DNA of 64,000 nucleotides from Candidatus Kaiserbacteria bacterium (lineage in GTDB: Bacteria > Patescibacteriota > Minisyncoccia > Phycocordibacterales > UBA2100), in NCBI GenBank assembly GCA_016432285.1, contig CP066682.1:188273-252272 (forward strand). The letters are read 5' to 3'. The translations under genes and the position numbers were made by a program. Below the pieces are notes generated by a model, which searched no databases, had not been told where the DNA came from, and was given only the letters and a program-made list of their open reading frames with translations. Positions 48,221 through 56,874 of the stretch are shown piece by piece (position 1 is the stretch's first letter; the number at the start of each line of letters is the position of its first letter).

Positions 48221-48871
48221 ATGAGTCGAATTCTCGCGTACGTGTTTGCGGCCATCGTGGTGCTCGGGGGCGCTTACCTCCTGCTTACCAAGAGTCCTGC
48301 GCAAAACGCCGATAGTATCACCGCGCAGTCGATCGTAGAGCAAACGGCCGCGTATACGATCGACGCGAAATATCCGCAGGTCGGCAACCCCGCCATCGAC
48401 GCCGACATCGAAGCCACTGTGCGCGCGGCCGTCGAGGAGTTTAAGACGTATCCCCAGAATCCGCCGGATTCGGCCGTCCCGCAAAACGAGTTCATCGGCC
48501 TCTACGACGAGGTGTACACGGGAGCCGATGTCGTAAGCGTGGAGCTGATCTTTTCCGAGTACACGGGCGGCGCGCATCCGAATGCGGCCATCGTTGGATT
48601 AAATTACAACCCCGCCACTGGCGCGAAGGTAACACTCGACGAGGCGCTTTCCATGATCGGCCTTTCGCTGTCGCAGGTGGCCGCGAAAGCGCAAGCACAG
48701 TTTGAGACGGATCTTGCCGACGCGTACTTTCCTGAGGGGGCAGAGCCGACACTCGAAAATTACGGCACGTTTGTGGTGAGTGCCGACGCCGTCACCTTTA
48801 TCTTCCAAAACTACCAGGTCGCTCCGTACGCGGCCGGTCCGCAAGAGGTCTCCTTCTCGCGCGTGCGTTAG
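48221..48871 (+). CDS. membrane-anchored DUF4163/DUF3298-like (RsiV-type) domain protein
   Basis: N-terminal TM; TGCTATACT 6 nt upstream of ATG 48221. Confidence 0.5.
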   Translation: MSRILAYVFAAIVVLGGAYLLLTKSPAQNADSITAQSIVEQTAAYTIDAKYPQVGNPAIDADIEATVRAAVEEFKTYPQNPPDSAVPQNEFIGLYDEVYTGADVVSVELIFSEYTGGAHPNAAIVGLNYNPATGAKVTLDEALSMIGLSLSQVAAKAQAQFETDLADAYFPEGAEPTLENYGTFVVSADAVTFIFQNYQVAPYAAGPQEVSFSRVR

Positions 48872-49170
48872 CGCTTCAGAGAGAGTCGGTGCAGGATCCG
48901 GCACGGCTCCACGATCCGCGGGTCGACGATATTGTAAAAGGCGCTGGTGCCGCTTCGGCGTACCGTTACGAGCCCCGCATGCCGCAGGAGCGCGAGGTGC
49001 TGGGAAACGTTCGTCTTTGAAATGCCGAGCTCCTCGATGAGATCGTGCACGCCCAGCTCCTGCTCGCGGAGGAGATTCAGAATCTCCAACCGCTTCGGGT
49101 TGGCGAGCAGTTTGTAGGTCTCCGAGTTTTTCTCGTACGCGGAACGGGGGAGCGGGCGCTTGATGCTCAT
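48868..49170 (-). CDS. ArsR/SmtB-family transcriptional regulator (second copy)
   Basis: HTH GVHDLIEELGISKTNVSQHLALLRHAGLV; minus-strand TGCATACT 10 nt upstream of the ATG. Confidence 0.7.
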   Translation of the reverse strand: MSIKRPLPRSAYEKNSETYKLLANPKRLEILNLLREQELGVHDLIEELGISKTNVSQHLALLRHAGLVTVRRSGTSAFYNIVDPRIVEPCRILHRLSLKR

Positions 49171-49291
49171 TGTTTCCAAAGTATGCAATCAGTGCGCCCG
49201 GCGCGCAAGCGCGCCGCTTGTCCCCACGCGGCTGCGGGTCGCATCCGCGCCTCCTGTACAATGAGTTGCATAGTTTCGCAATTATCTAACT

Positions 49292-49570
49292 ATGATCTAC
49301 GTTGAGACACCGCTCCGACGCCTCCGCAGGCTCTGGCGAATTGGCGCGGGCGCGCTCCTTCTTGTGGGCGGCTTCGTATTGCTGCTGCTCGCACCGAGCG
49401 CGCGGCAAGAATCGCACACGGTGGTTTTCGACGACTCATCCATCGCATACGCCGATGCGCCATACGTGCCGCCGCCACCGGATCCGCTTCCGCCGCCGCA
49501 GGATCCGGGATGGGGGTGGTCGCAGAGTTCGGGCGACGGTGCAGGGGATGGCGGCGGCGACTGCCCGTAA
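49292..49570 (+). CDS. module copy 3, small TM peptide (92 aa): AYADAPY, Pro-rich, GWGW, Gly/Asp tail
   Basis: Motif SIAYADAPYVPPPPDPLPPPQDPGWGWSQSSGDGAGDGGGDCP; TGTACAAT -10 at 49255-49262. Confidence 0.55.
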   Translation: MIYVETPLRRLRRLWRIGAGALLLVGGFVLLLLAPSARQESHTVVFDDSSIAYADAPYVPPPPDPLPPPQDPGWGWSQSSGDGAGDGGGDCP

Positions 49571-49577
49571 CTAACGT

Positions 49578-50771
49578 ATGGATGAATTCGAGCAGGCAGG
49601 AAAAAACAGGATCGGCGTCGTGGCCATCGCCCTCGGGATCGTTGGTTTTGCGCTCGTCGCGCTTTTTTTCTACGAGTTTGCTCTCCTGAAGCGCGACGTC
49701 GGTGATCTTGCGGGTCCGAAGCCGGTGGGCGCGATCGAGGCCGTCCAACTACAAAAGCTCTACAACCTCGCGGAGGGTGGCGACTACGCGGCCGCCAGTC
49801 GGGAGGCCGAAGAAGGGATCGCGCTGTGGAGCGAGGACACGGTGGCTGGACAGCGCGCGCGCTCCGTCAAAGTGACAGCCGATTTTTGGAGCGGGGAAAA
49901 GGAGAAGCGTCTCGATGCCGTGCGCGCGACCAAGGTGCAGCTCCAGGAGAGCCCGGGAACGCCCTACAATCAGGCGCTCTTCGTCAACCGCCTCCTCAGT
50001 TACATGACGACGGCCATGGAGCCGGAGATCATCGACGAGATTTTCAGCGGCGAGTTTGCATCCATGCGTGTGCCGGGCGACGACGTCGCCTCGCTCGGTA
50101 AGCTTGCGGAATACTCGCTCTCGAAGGACTATACGAATCTCGCCAATTTCAAAGTCGGCATCGTCCATGCGGCGGAGCTTTTCAAACACTTCGACGGCGT
50201 GAAGCAGCTCTCGTCGGCGGAACTTGCCGAGTACGTGAGCGCGATCCGCAAGGTGATTTCTGAAACCTCGTCGCACCTTGAGGAGGAAGAGCGGCGCATG
50301 TACGGTCGGCCGTACTGGGAGCTCCAGGCGCCCGCCTTCTACTACTTCCAAGGGTTCCTGCGCGCCTCGATCGCGCTCGCGTATCCAGAGTACCTCCCGA
50401 GCGCGAAAGAAGCTCTCCGCCAGGTGGAGCAGTACTACCGCGACCGTCGCACCGAAAGCGGCGGCCCCAACAAAATGATCGAGGCACGCGTCGTGTACAC
50501 CAACTTCTCGCTCGCCACCTTCATGTATGCGATCGAAGGCGAGCAGAGTAAGCCGCAGGTGCAGGCGGCACTCCAGACCATCATCGATTTGGTGGAAGCC
50601 GATCCCGAGGCGCACAAGGGCGCATTTCTCACATTCATGCGTCAAACGCTTGAGGATGGCCCCGATCAACCGAAAGGTCGCTGGTACAGCTACGGCCGGT
50701 TCGTGCAGATGGCCGACCTCTATCCGCCTTTCAAGCAATTCCTGAATTCGTACGGGTGGGATCTCGAGTAA
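49578..50771 (+). CDS. module copy 3, ~397-aa N-terminally anchored protein
   Basis: ATG 7 nt after the peptide stop; C-terminal FKQFLNSYGWDLE matches the copy-1 C-terminus FKNFLASVGWQFE. Confidence 0.6.
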   Translation: MDEFEQAGKNRIGVVAIALGIVGFALVALFFYEFALLKRDVGDLAGPKPVGAIEAVQLQKLYNLAEGGDYAAASREAEEGIALWSEDTVAGQRARSVKVTADFWSGEKEKRLDAVRATKVQLQESPGTPYNQALFVNRLLSYMTTAMEPEIIDEIFSGEFASMRVPGDDVASLGKLAEYSLSKDYTNLANFKVGIVHAAELFKHFDGVKQLSSAELAEYVSAIRKVISETSSHLEEEERRMYGRPYWELQAPAFYYFQGFLRASIALAYPEYLPSAKEALRQVEQYYRDRRTESGGPNKMIEARVVYTNFSLATFMYAIEGEQSKPQVQAALQTIIDLVEADPEAHKGAFLTFMRQTLEDGPDQPKGRWYSYGRFVQMADLYPPFKQFLNSYGWDLE

Positions 50772-50819
50772 ACGCGCTTCATCCGTATAACATCATCAGT
50801 CCTTACACTGTATTTTTAA

Positions 50820-51031
50820 TGGCGTGGCCACGCAGATCACGGATTCGCCGGTTGCGATCCCCGGTGAAGGACGAGTATGCGCCCGAGGAAGCTCGGGCCC
50901 GGGTCGCGTTTGATTCGGAGGGTAACGAAGTCGCGATGCCAAAAAAGGGCGAACGAGAGCCCCGCGTCATCACGCGTCTGCGGGAGGCCATGATCGTCGG
51001 CTGGGATGCCGCCCGCGCAAAGTCTGCCTAG
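50820..51031 (+). CDS. possible small charged protein (70 aa)
   Basis: Internal ATG in ORF 50756..51031; weak support. Confidence 0.25.
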
Positions 51032-51089
51032 CTTGCGCCCTCCCGTTTGCGGTGGGACACTGCCTTCATTACGAGGGTAACTTTTTTGC

Positions 51090-51587
51090 ATGGAACCTAC
51101 TTCCACAGGCAGCAACAAGTTGTATTACATTATCGGCGGTGTCGTCGCGCTTTTGGTGCTCGGCTGGCTTTTGACGCGAGGCTTTGGTGGCGCGGCGGGA
51201 GCGAATGTCGATCGCAATTTTGACGGCTCGACGACCTACTCCAATGAGGAGGGGAGCGTAACGGTGGGCGCGCAGAGCATGCCGGCCAATTGGCCGTCGG
51301 ATGCGCCGCAGAATTTCGCAGGCGCGACGATCAGCTTCTCGGGCGCGTCGAATCCGCAGACCGGACAGGCCGGTGCGGCCGTTTCGTACACCGTGCGCGC
51401 ATCCGCACAGGCGGTGATCGATTACTACCGCGGCAGCCTTACTTCAGCGGGCTGGACGATCGTGGGAAGCGCGAATGCGGGTGGCGCGACGGTGATCTCC
51501 GCCGCCAAAGACGAGCGCACCTTTGGCGTGTGGGCCACGGACAATGGCGACGGCAGCGCGACAGTGACGGCGGGCGTGGGGATGTAA
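51090..51587 (+). CDS. membrane-anchored hypothetical protein (165 aa), Gly/Ala/Ser-rich ectodomain
   Basis: N-terminal TM helix. Confidence 0.5.
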   Translation: MEPTSTGSNKLYYIIGGVVALLVLGWLLTRGFGGAAGANVDRNFDGSTTYSNEEGSVTVGAQSMPANWPSDAPQNFAGATISFSGASNPQTGQAGAAVSYTVRASAQAVIDYYRGSLTSAGWTIVGSANAGGATVISAAKDERTFGVWATDNGDGSATVTAGVGM

Positions 51588-51601
51588 AAAGTTTCTACCA
51601 C

Positions 51602-51628
51602 AAAAGCCGCCCCGCAGGGCGGCTTTTG
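51602..51628 (+). terminator. rho-independent terminator (GCCGCCCcgcaGGGCGGCtttt)
   Basis: GC stem plus T-run. Confidence 0.6.
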
Positions 51629-51888
51629 TATGTGTGGGGGAATCGATCACAAATAATGCGCTCGCGGTCGCATCGCAGGGAATCGGTCAGGCGCTCAAAA
51701 AGTCGCCGTCGCGACTTTTCTCCGCCTGACCACGATTCCAGCAGATGGGAATCGCCCGCGCCTCTCGCGCCGCCGTCGCGGCGCTCGGGCTGGGCACCGC
51801 CTCGCTGCCTCGCGTGCTCGCTCGGCATCGCTCCGGCGTTCGATTCCCCCACGCAGAGCGCGCAGGCGCTCTGCTCACCTCCACAAAA

Positions 51889-51923
51889 CAAAAAGCGCCT
51901 TGCGGCGCCAATTGTTTGTTTTG
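51889..51923 (-). terminator. terminator of ssrA (GGCGCCgcaaGGCGCtttttgttttg on the minus strand); its U-tract can also pair with the tmRNA 3' end (17-bp inverted repeat 51876-51892 / 51915-51931)
   Basis: Read directly from the sequence. Confidence 0.5.
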
Positions 51924-52321
51924 TGGAGGTGGGGGGAATCGAACCCCCGTGCAGAGAGAAACAGCATGCATGTGTCTACGGAGCGTAGATCATCTTGATC
52001 CGCCGGGTGGCGGATTTAAGCGTCGCGCATAAAAGATGAGCGAAAGCGCGCGAAACCGAGTCCAGTTTCTTAGATATCGCTCGGACAGGTCGACATCAGC
52101 GCTTGAGTGAAGTGACGTTCTGCCAATCGTAATCAAGCATCGGATTGGAGAACGGTCGCTTAGGCTATTGCGTAAGCGAACTGAAGGTCCTTCACCTGAA
52201 TCGGTGAAAGAACTCCCTGTGCTACTTTGTTCGCACTTGAGATTGTGAACGGGTTTGGAGAGACGTTCGCTCTCGCCCGCGCATGGATGTGTCGATCCCT
52301 CTGTCGAAGCCAGTCACCCCC
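51924..52321 (-). ncRNA. ssrA: tmRNA (SsrA), ~398 nt
   Basis: 5' end GGGGGUGACUGGCUUCGACAGAGGG (tRNA-Ala-like acceptor with G3:U70); 3' T-arm/acceptor GGGGGUUCGAUUCCCCC-CACCUCC-A; CCA not encoded; candidate tag ORF ends ...DLQFAYAIA-TAA. Confidence 0.8.
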
Positions 52322-52367
52322 GAAAAGCGCACTTCATTTCGCTTTTCACGAACGGCTGGATTCTCCT

Positions 52368-52811
52368 CTATTTGTTTTTCAACGAACGTTCGATCCTGCG
52401 TTTCTCCTCGCGCGCACGTATACTCTGACGCTTGTCGATCTTTTTCTTTCCACGCGCGATTGCGATCTGCAATTTCAGATTCCGGCCTTTATTATATACA
52501 CTAATCGGCACAATTGTCAACCCCTTTTCGCCCTCTGCCGAAGCCACATGCGCGATTTCTTTTTGCGAGAGGAGCAGCCGACGCGGCCGCTCCGGATCGT
52601 AGCTCTTCGGCGTGTTGCTCGCTTGCCACGGCGGGATCGTCGCGCCCACGAGGTACGCTTCGCCGCCGCGCGCGATCACGCGCGCGCCCTTGAGGGAGCC
52701 GCGCTTTGCGCGCAGCGATTTCACTTCGATACCGAGCAAATCCAAACCGGCCTCCATCTCTTCGACGATCGAGTAATCAAATCCGACACGATCGTTTCTG
52801 ACGAGCGACAT
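52368..52811 (-). CDS. smpB: SsrA-binding protein SmpB
   Basis: VGFDYSIVEEMEAGLDLLGIEVKSLR..., basic C-terminal tail; it is the C-terminal 147 codons of ORF 52368..54218. Confidence 0.9.
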   Translation of the reverse strand: MSLVRNDRVGFDYSIVEEMEAGLDLLGIEVKSLRAKRGSLKGARVIARGGEAYLVGATIPPWQASNTPKSYDPERPRRLLLSQKEIAHVASAEGEKGLTIVPISVYNKGRNLKLQIAIARGKKKIDKRQSIRAREEKRRIERSLKNK

Positions 52812-52856
52812 CGATTTACTATACCGCCAAAGGTCATTGTGTATAATGCGCTTCTT

Positions 52857-54791
52857 ATGGCACAGCCCCAGAGCGACCAGAAGCAGAAAAAGAGCAGCGG
52901 CCCCAAACTGCGCAGACCGCAGGGAGGCCCATCGATCTGGTTGCAGCTCGGGCTCGCGTTCGCGATCTTTTTGGTGCTCTCCGTGGGTTACTCCTTCCTG
53001 CGCGAATACATCGTTACCGAAAGCGAAACCGTATCGCTCTCCGAAATCGCGAGCGACATCGAAGCGGGGAAGATCACCGAAGTAACTGTCGCGGGAGACT
53101 CCGTGACCGCCACGTACGCCGACGGCACCGAAAAGAAATCCCGCAAAGAAACGGAAGCCTCCTTTACCGAAACGCTCGCCAACTACGACGTCTCGGCCAA
53201 TCGCATCAATGCGGTGAAGGTGTCGATCGAAGATGAGGGCGGAGCGCGCTTCTGGTTCCTCACCCTGGCGCCCCTCCTCGTGCCGGTGCTCCTCCTCTTT
53301 GGCATCATCTGGTACCTCTCGCGCCAGATGCGCGGAGCCGGCATGCAGGCCTTCACCTTCGGCCGCTCGCTCGCGCGTCTCGTTTCCCCAGAAGACCAGG
53401 CGCAGCGGGTTACCTTCGCCGACGTGGCCGGTGCGCGCGAAGCCAAGGAAGAGCTCACCGAGATCGTCGATTTTTTGAAAAATCCAAAGAAGTTCATCCA
53501 GATCGGCGCGCGCATCCCCAAAGGCGTGCTCCTCATGGGCGCTCCGGGCACCGGCAAGACGCTGCTCGCCCGCGCCGTCGCGGGAGAAGCCGGAGTGCCC
53601 TTTTTCACCATCTCTGGCTCGGAGTTCGTGGAGATGTTCGTGGGTGTGGGCGCATCGCGCGTTCGCGATCTTTTTGAAACGGCGAAGAAGGCAGGGCCCG
53701 CGATCGTCTTCATCGACGAGATCGATGCGGTGGGCCGCGTGCGCGGCACTGGCGTGGGAGGTGGCAACGACGAACGCGAGCAGACCCTCAACCAGATTCT
53801 CGTGGAGATGGACGGCTTTGAGCCCAACGAGAAGATTATCGTCATGGCGGCCACCAACCGCCCCGACGTCCTCGACCCCGCGCTCTTGCGGCCCGGCCGT
53901 TTCGACCGGCGCGTCATGATCGACCTCCCGGATCGGAAGGATCGCGAAGACATTTTGAAAACACACGCGCGTCAGAAGCCTCTCGGGCCCGACGTGAAGC
54001 TCTCCGTGATCGCGGAGCGCACCCCCGGGTTTTCGGGAGCCGATCTTGCCAATCTCATGAACGAGGGAGCGATTCTCGCCGCGCGAGAGAACAGGAAGGA
54101 GATCGCGCAGTTCGACCTCATCCGCTCCATCGAAAAGGTGATGCTCGGTCCCGAGCGCCGCAGCCATGTACTGAATAAAAAAGAGAAGGAGATCACGGCG
54201 TACCACGAGGCCGGGCACGCGCTCATCGCCTCAGTGCTGCCGTACGCCGATCCGGTGCACAAGGTGTCGATCATCTCGCGCGGCCGGGCGGCGGGCTACA
54301 CGCTGAAGCTGCCGCTTGAGGATCGGAAGATGCAATCGCGCAAGGAGTTTCTCGACGACATCGCCGTTTCGCTTGGCGGATTTATCGCCGAGAAAATGAT
54401 TTTTGAAGACGTTACCACCGGCGCCTCCAACGACCTCCAGGTGCTGACCGCGCTCGCGCGCAACATGGTCGCGCGTTACGGCATGTCGGAAAAAATGGGA
54501 CCGGTGGCCTTCGCCGCCTCGGCGCAGCGCGCCATTTTCGGCGAAGGAGTGGATGGTGAAGCCTCCGAAGAAGTAACGGCCGCGATTGACGCGGAGGTGC
54601 GCCGCATCATCGACGGTGCATACAAAAAAGCGGAAAAAGTGATGACGAAGCACCGCGGCGCCCTGGATGCGATTGCCAAAAAACTGGTGGAAGTGGAAAC
54701 GATCGAGCGCGACGACTTCGAGAAAATCCTCATTGCGCACGGCATCACCCCGAAGAAAAAAGAGGACATCGAGCACCAGCCGCTCGTCTGA
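52857..54791 (+). CDS. ftsH: ATP-dependent zinc metalloprotease FtsH
   Basis: Two N-terminal TM helices, AAA module ([13 protein letters not shown]), HEAGHA zinc motif; TATAAT at 52842-52847, 9 nt upstream of the ATG. Confidence 0.95.
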   Translation: MAQPQSDQKQKKSSGPKLRRPQGGPSIWLQLGLAFAIFLVLSVGYSFLREYIVTESETVSLSEIASDIEAGKITEVTVAGDSVTATYADGTEKKSRKETEASFTETLANYDVSANRINAVKVSIEDEGGARFWFLTLAPLLVPVLLLFGIIWYLSRQMRGAGMQAFTFGRSLARLVSPEDQAQRVTFADVAGAREAKEELTEIVDFLKNPKKFIQIGARIPKGVLLMGAPGTGKTLLARAVAGEAGVPFFTISGSEFVEMFVGVGASRVRDLFETAKKAGPAIVFIDEIDAVGRVRGTGVGGGNDEREQTLNQILVEMDGFEPNEKIIVMAATNRPDVLDPALLRPGRFDRRVMIDLPDRKDREDILKTHARQKPLGPDVKLSVIAERTPGFSGADLANLMNEGAILAARENRKEIAQFDLIRSIEKVMLGPERRSHVLNKKEKEITAYHEAGHALIASVLPYADPVHKVSIISRGRAAGYTLKLPLEDRKMQSRKEFLDDIAVSLGGFIAEKMIFEDVTTGASNDLQVLTALARNMVARYGMSEKMGPVAFAASAQRAIFGEGVDGEASEEVTAAIDAEVRRIIDGAYKKAEKVMTKHRGALDAIAKKLVEVETIERDDFEKILIAHGITPKKKEDIEHQPLV

Positions 54792-54800
54792 TCGGCGCGG

Positions 54801-55886
54801 CTACCTTTTCACCTGCCAGCGGATGACCTCGTTGCCGAGGCCGTGCTGCACATGGCCGATCGGCCACACCTTCACGCCCTCGGAGGTGATCACTGGCTCC
54901 GTAACCTGCCAGTCTTTTTTGATGAGCGTGATTCGCTCCTCGCTCGGCTGTATGCCATAAAAACGCGGACCGTTGATCGAAAGAAAGTTCTCCAGCTTGT
55001 CGAGCGCACCGAGCTCGTCAAAAACTCCCGTGTACATTTCGAGCGCGGCGGGGGAGCAGAAGACCCCGAAGGTAACGCATGAGGAGAATTTCTTGGATTC
55101 GGGATGCGGAGCGCTGTCGGAGCCCGCGGACACGAACGGGAGGCCCCTTTGTGCGAGCGCGCGCACCCGCTCCCGATCCTCGCGCCGCTTCACGAGCGGT
55201 TTCATGTGGATGAGCGTGCGGTAGCCGCCCGAAAACGCCTGGCGCCGATCGTAGAGGAGGTGCGTCGGCGTGATCGTCGCCACGAGTTTTCCCTCCGCGC
55301 CGTTCTTTTCAATGAAATCGGCGGCGATGGCGGTCGACATGTGCTCAAGCGAGATTTTGAGCCTCGGGAAGGCATCGAGGAGCCGCGGCAGTGTATCTTC
55401 CACAAAGAGCCGCTCGCCCTCGTACGGATCCTCCTCCTCGTCGTGGTCGTTGAGGTGCACTTCGCCGTGGAGCATGAGCGGCATGCCGACGCGCTCCATT
55501 TCCCGCAGCACGTCTTTCGCCTCGAGGATGCTCCGGTAGCCCCACTGCGAATTGGTCGTCGCGCCGTACGGGTACGACTTCACCGCATACACTTTTGCGC
55601 TCGCTTCGCCGGAGAAACCCTTCGCGATCTCGGCGGGCGAGAGATTTTTCGTGAGGTAGAAAGTCATCAGCGGCTCGAAAGTGCTGCCTTCCGGCACCGC
55701 TGCCATGATCTCCTCTTTGTATGCCGCTGCCGCTTCGGTGGTGTCGATCGGCGGATCGGTGTTGGGCATCACGATCGCGCTGAAGAATTTTTGTGCAGTG
55801 ATGGGCGTGACGGCCCGGAGCATCGCGCCCTGCCGCAGGTGCACATGGGAGTCGAACGGACGCCGTATCGTTATCGAATCCGTCAT
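54801..55886 (-). CDS. pyrC: dihydroorotase (type II, E. coli-like)
   Basis: DSHVHLR..., conserved alignment to class II PyrC; ATG at 55886 (ORF-track GTG at 55889); minus-strand TATACT 7 nt upstream. Confidence 0.9.
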   Translation of the reverse strand: MTDSITIRRPFDSHVHLRQGAMLRAVTPITAQKFFSAIVMPNTDPPIDTTEAAAAYKEEIMAAVPEGSTFEPLMTFYLTKNLSPAEIAKGFSGEASAKVYAVKSYPYGATTNSQWGYRSILEAKDVLREMERVGMPLMLHGEVHLNDHDEEEDPYEGERLFVEDTLPRLLDAFPRLKISLEHMSTAIAADFIEKNGAEGKLVATITPTHLLYDRRQAFSGGYRTLIHMKPLVKRREDRERVRALAQRGLPFVSAGSDSAPHPESKKFSSCVTFGVFCSPAALEMYTGVFDELGALDKLENFLSINGPRFYGIQPSEERITLIKKDWQVTEPVITSEGVKVWPIGHVQHGLGNEVIRWQVKR

Positions 55887-55931
55887 CACAGAGAGTATAC
55901 AGCAAAGGCCGCAGTGCTATACTGGCCCCTG

Positions 55932-56837
55932 ATGCAGCATCTCGTGGAGACACAGCAGTTTGACCGAGCAGCTCTGAAGCGACTTTTTGAACTCGCGTCC
56001 TCGCTCGAGGGCAAGCGAGAAGAATCTCTAAAAGGCAAAATACTTGCCTCTCTTTTTTATGCGCCCTCGACGAGGACGCGGCTTTCCTTCGAGTCCTCGA
56101 TGATGCGGCTCGGCGGCAACGTCATCTCCATGGAGAACGCGAGCGAATCCTCCTCCGCGACAAAGGGCGAGTCCATCGAAGACACGATCCGCATCGTTGA
56201 CGACTACGCCGACGTGATCGTGCTCCGCCACACCGAGGTCGGCACTGCCGCCCGGGCGGCAGCAGTTTCAAGAGTCCCCATTATCAACGCGGGAGACGGC
56301 GTCGGGCAGCACCCCACCCAATCGTTCCTCGATCTCTACACCATCGAGCGCGAGATCGGTCGCACCGACGACTTCCACATTGCCTTCGTCGGCAACCTCG
56401 CGTACTACCGGAGCGCCCGCTCGCTCGCGTACCTCCTCGGCAAATACAAAAACGTGAAGATGACCTTTGTCTCGGGCCCCGAGCTTGGCATGAAAGACGA
56501 CGTGAAGGAATACCTGAAAGAAAAGAATGTGGATTTTACGGAGACGGAGGATCTGGAAGGAACGATGCAGATCGCCGACGTGGTGTACCAGACGCGCATG
56601 GCCGAGGAGTGGATTCCCAAAGGTACGGATTTTGAAAAGCTGCGCCAGAAATACACGATCACGCGCCCCATGACCGATCACATGAAAGATGGGGCGATTC
56701 TCATCCATCCGCTGCCGCGCGCGGGCGAGATCTCGCCCGACGTCGACGACTCGCCGCACGCCGTTTACTTCAAACAAGCCGCGTACGGCGTGCTGGTGCG
56801 CATGGCGCTCCTCAAGCTGTTTTTCGGCAAGGCGTGA
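55932..56837 (+). CDS. pyrB: aspartate carbamoyltransferase catalytic subunit
   Basis: STRTR, HPTQ, HPLP motifs; TGCTATACT 8 nt upstream of the ATG. Confidence 0.9.
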   Translation: MQHLVETQQFDRAALKRLFELASSLEGKREESLKGKILASLFYAPSTRTRLSFESSMMRLGGNVISMENASESSSATKGESIEDTIRIVDDYADVIVLRHTEVGTAARAAAVSRVPIINAGDGVGQHPTQSFLDLYTIEREIGRTDDFHIAFVGNLAYYRSARSLAYLLGKYKNVKMTFVSGPELGMKDDVKEYLKEKNVDFTETEDLEGTMQIADVVYQTRMAEEWIPKGTDFEKLRQKYTITRPMTDHMKDGAILIHPLPRAGEISPDVDDSPHAVYFKQAAYGVLVRMALLKLFFGKA

Positions 56838-56874
56838 ATCGCGCTTTCCCCAGCGAGGTGCTATTGTGGCGCTC

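Noticed and set aside
51830-51860. GGCGTTCGATTCCCCC resembling a tRNA T-arm on the plus strand
   Set aside because: No complementary stem, acceptor or anticodon arm can be formed. The real tRNA-like element here is the minus-strand tmRNA 3' end at 51924-51945.
52368-54218. 616-aa minus-strand ORF antisense to ftsH
   Set aside because: Only the C-terminal 147 codons (52368..52811) are real (SmpB). The rest is an open antisense frame typical of high-GC DNA.
52227-54791. 854-aa ORF suggesting a long N-terminal extension of FtsH
   Set aside because: The upstream 630 nt of this frame run antisense through the tmRNA gene and smpB. FtsH homology, its TM helices and a TATAAT at 52842-52847 support the internal ATG at 52857.
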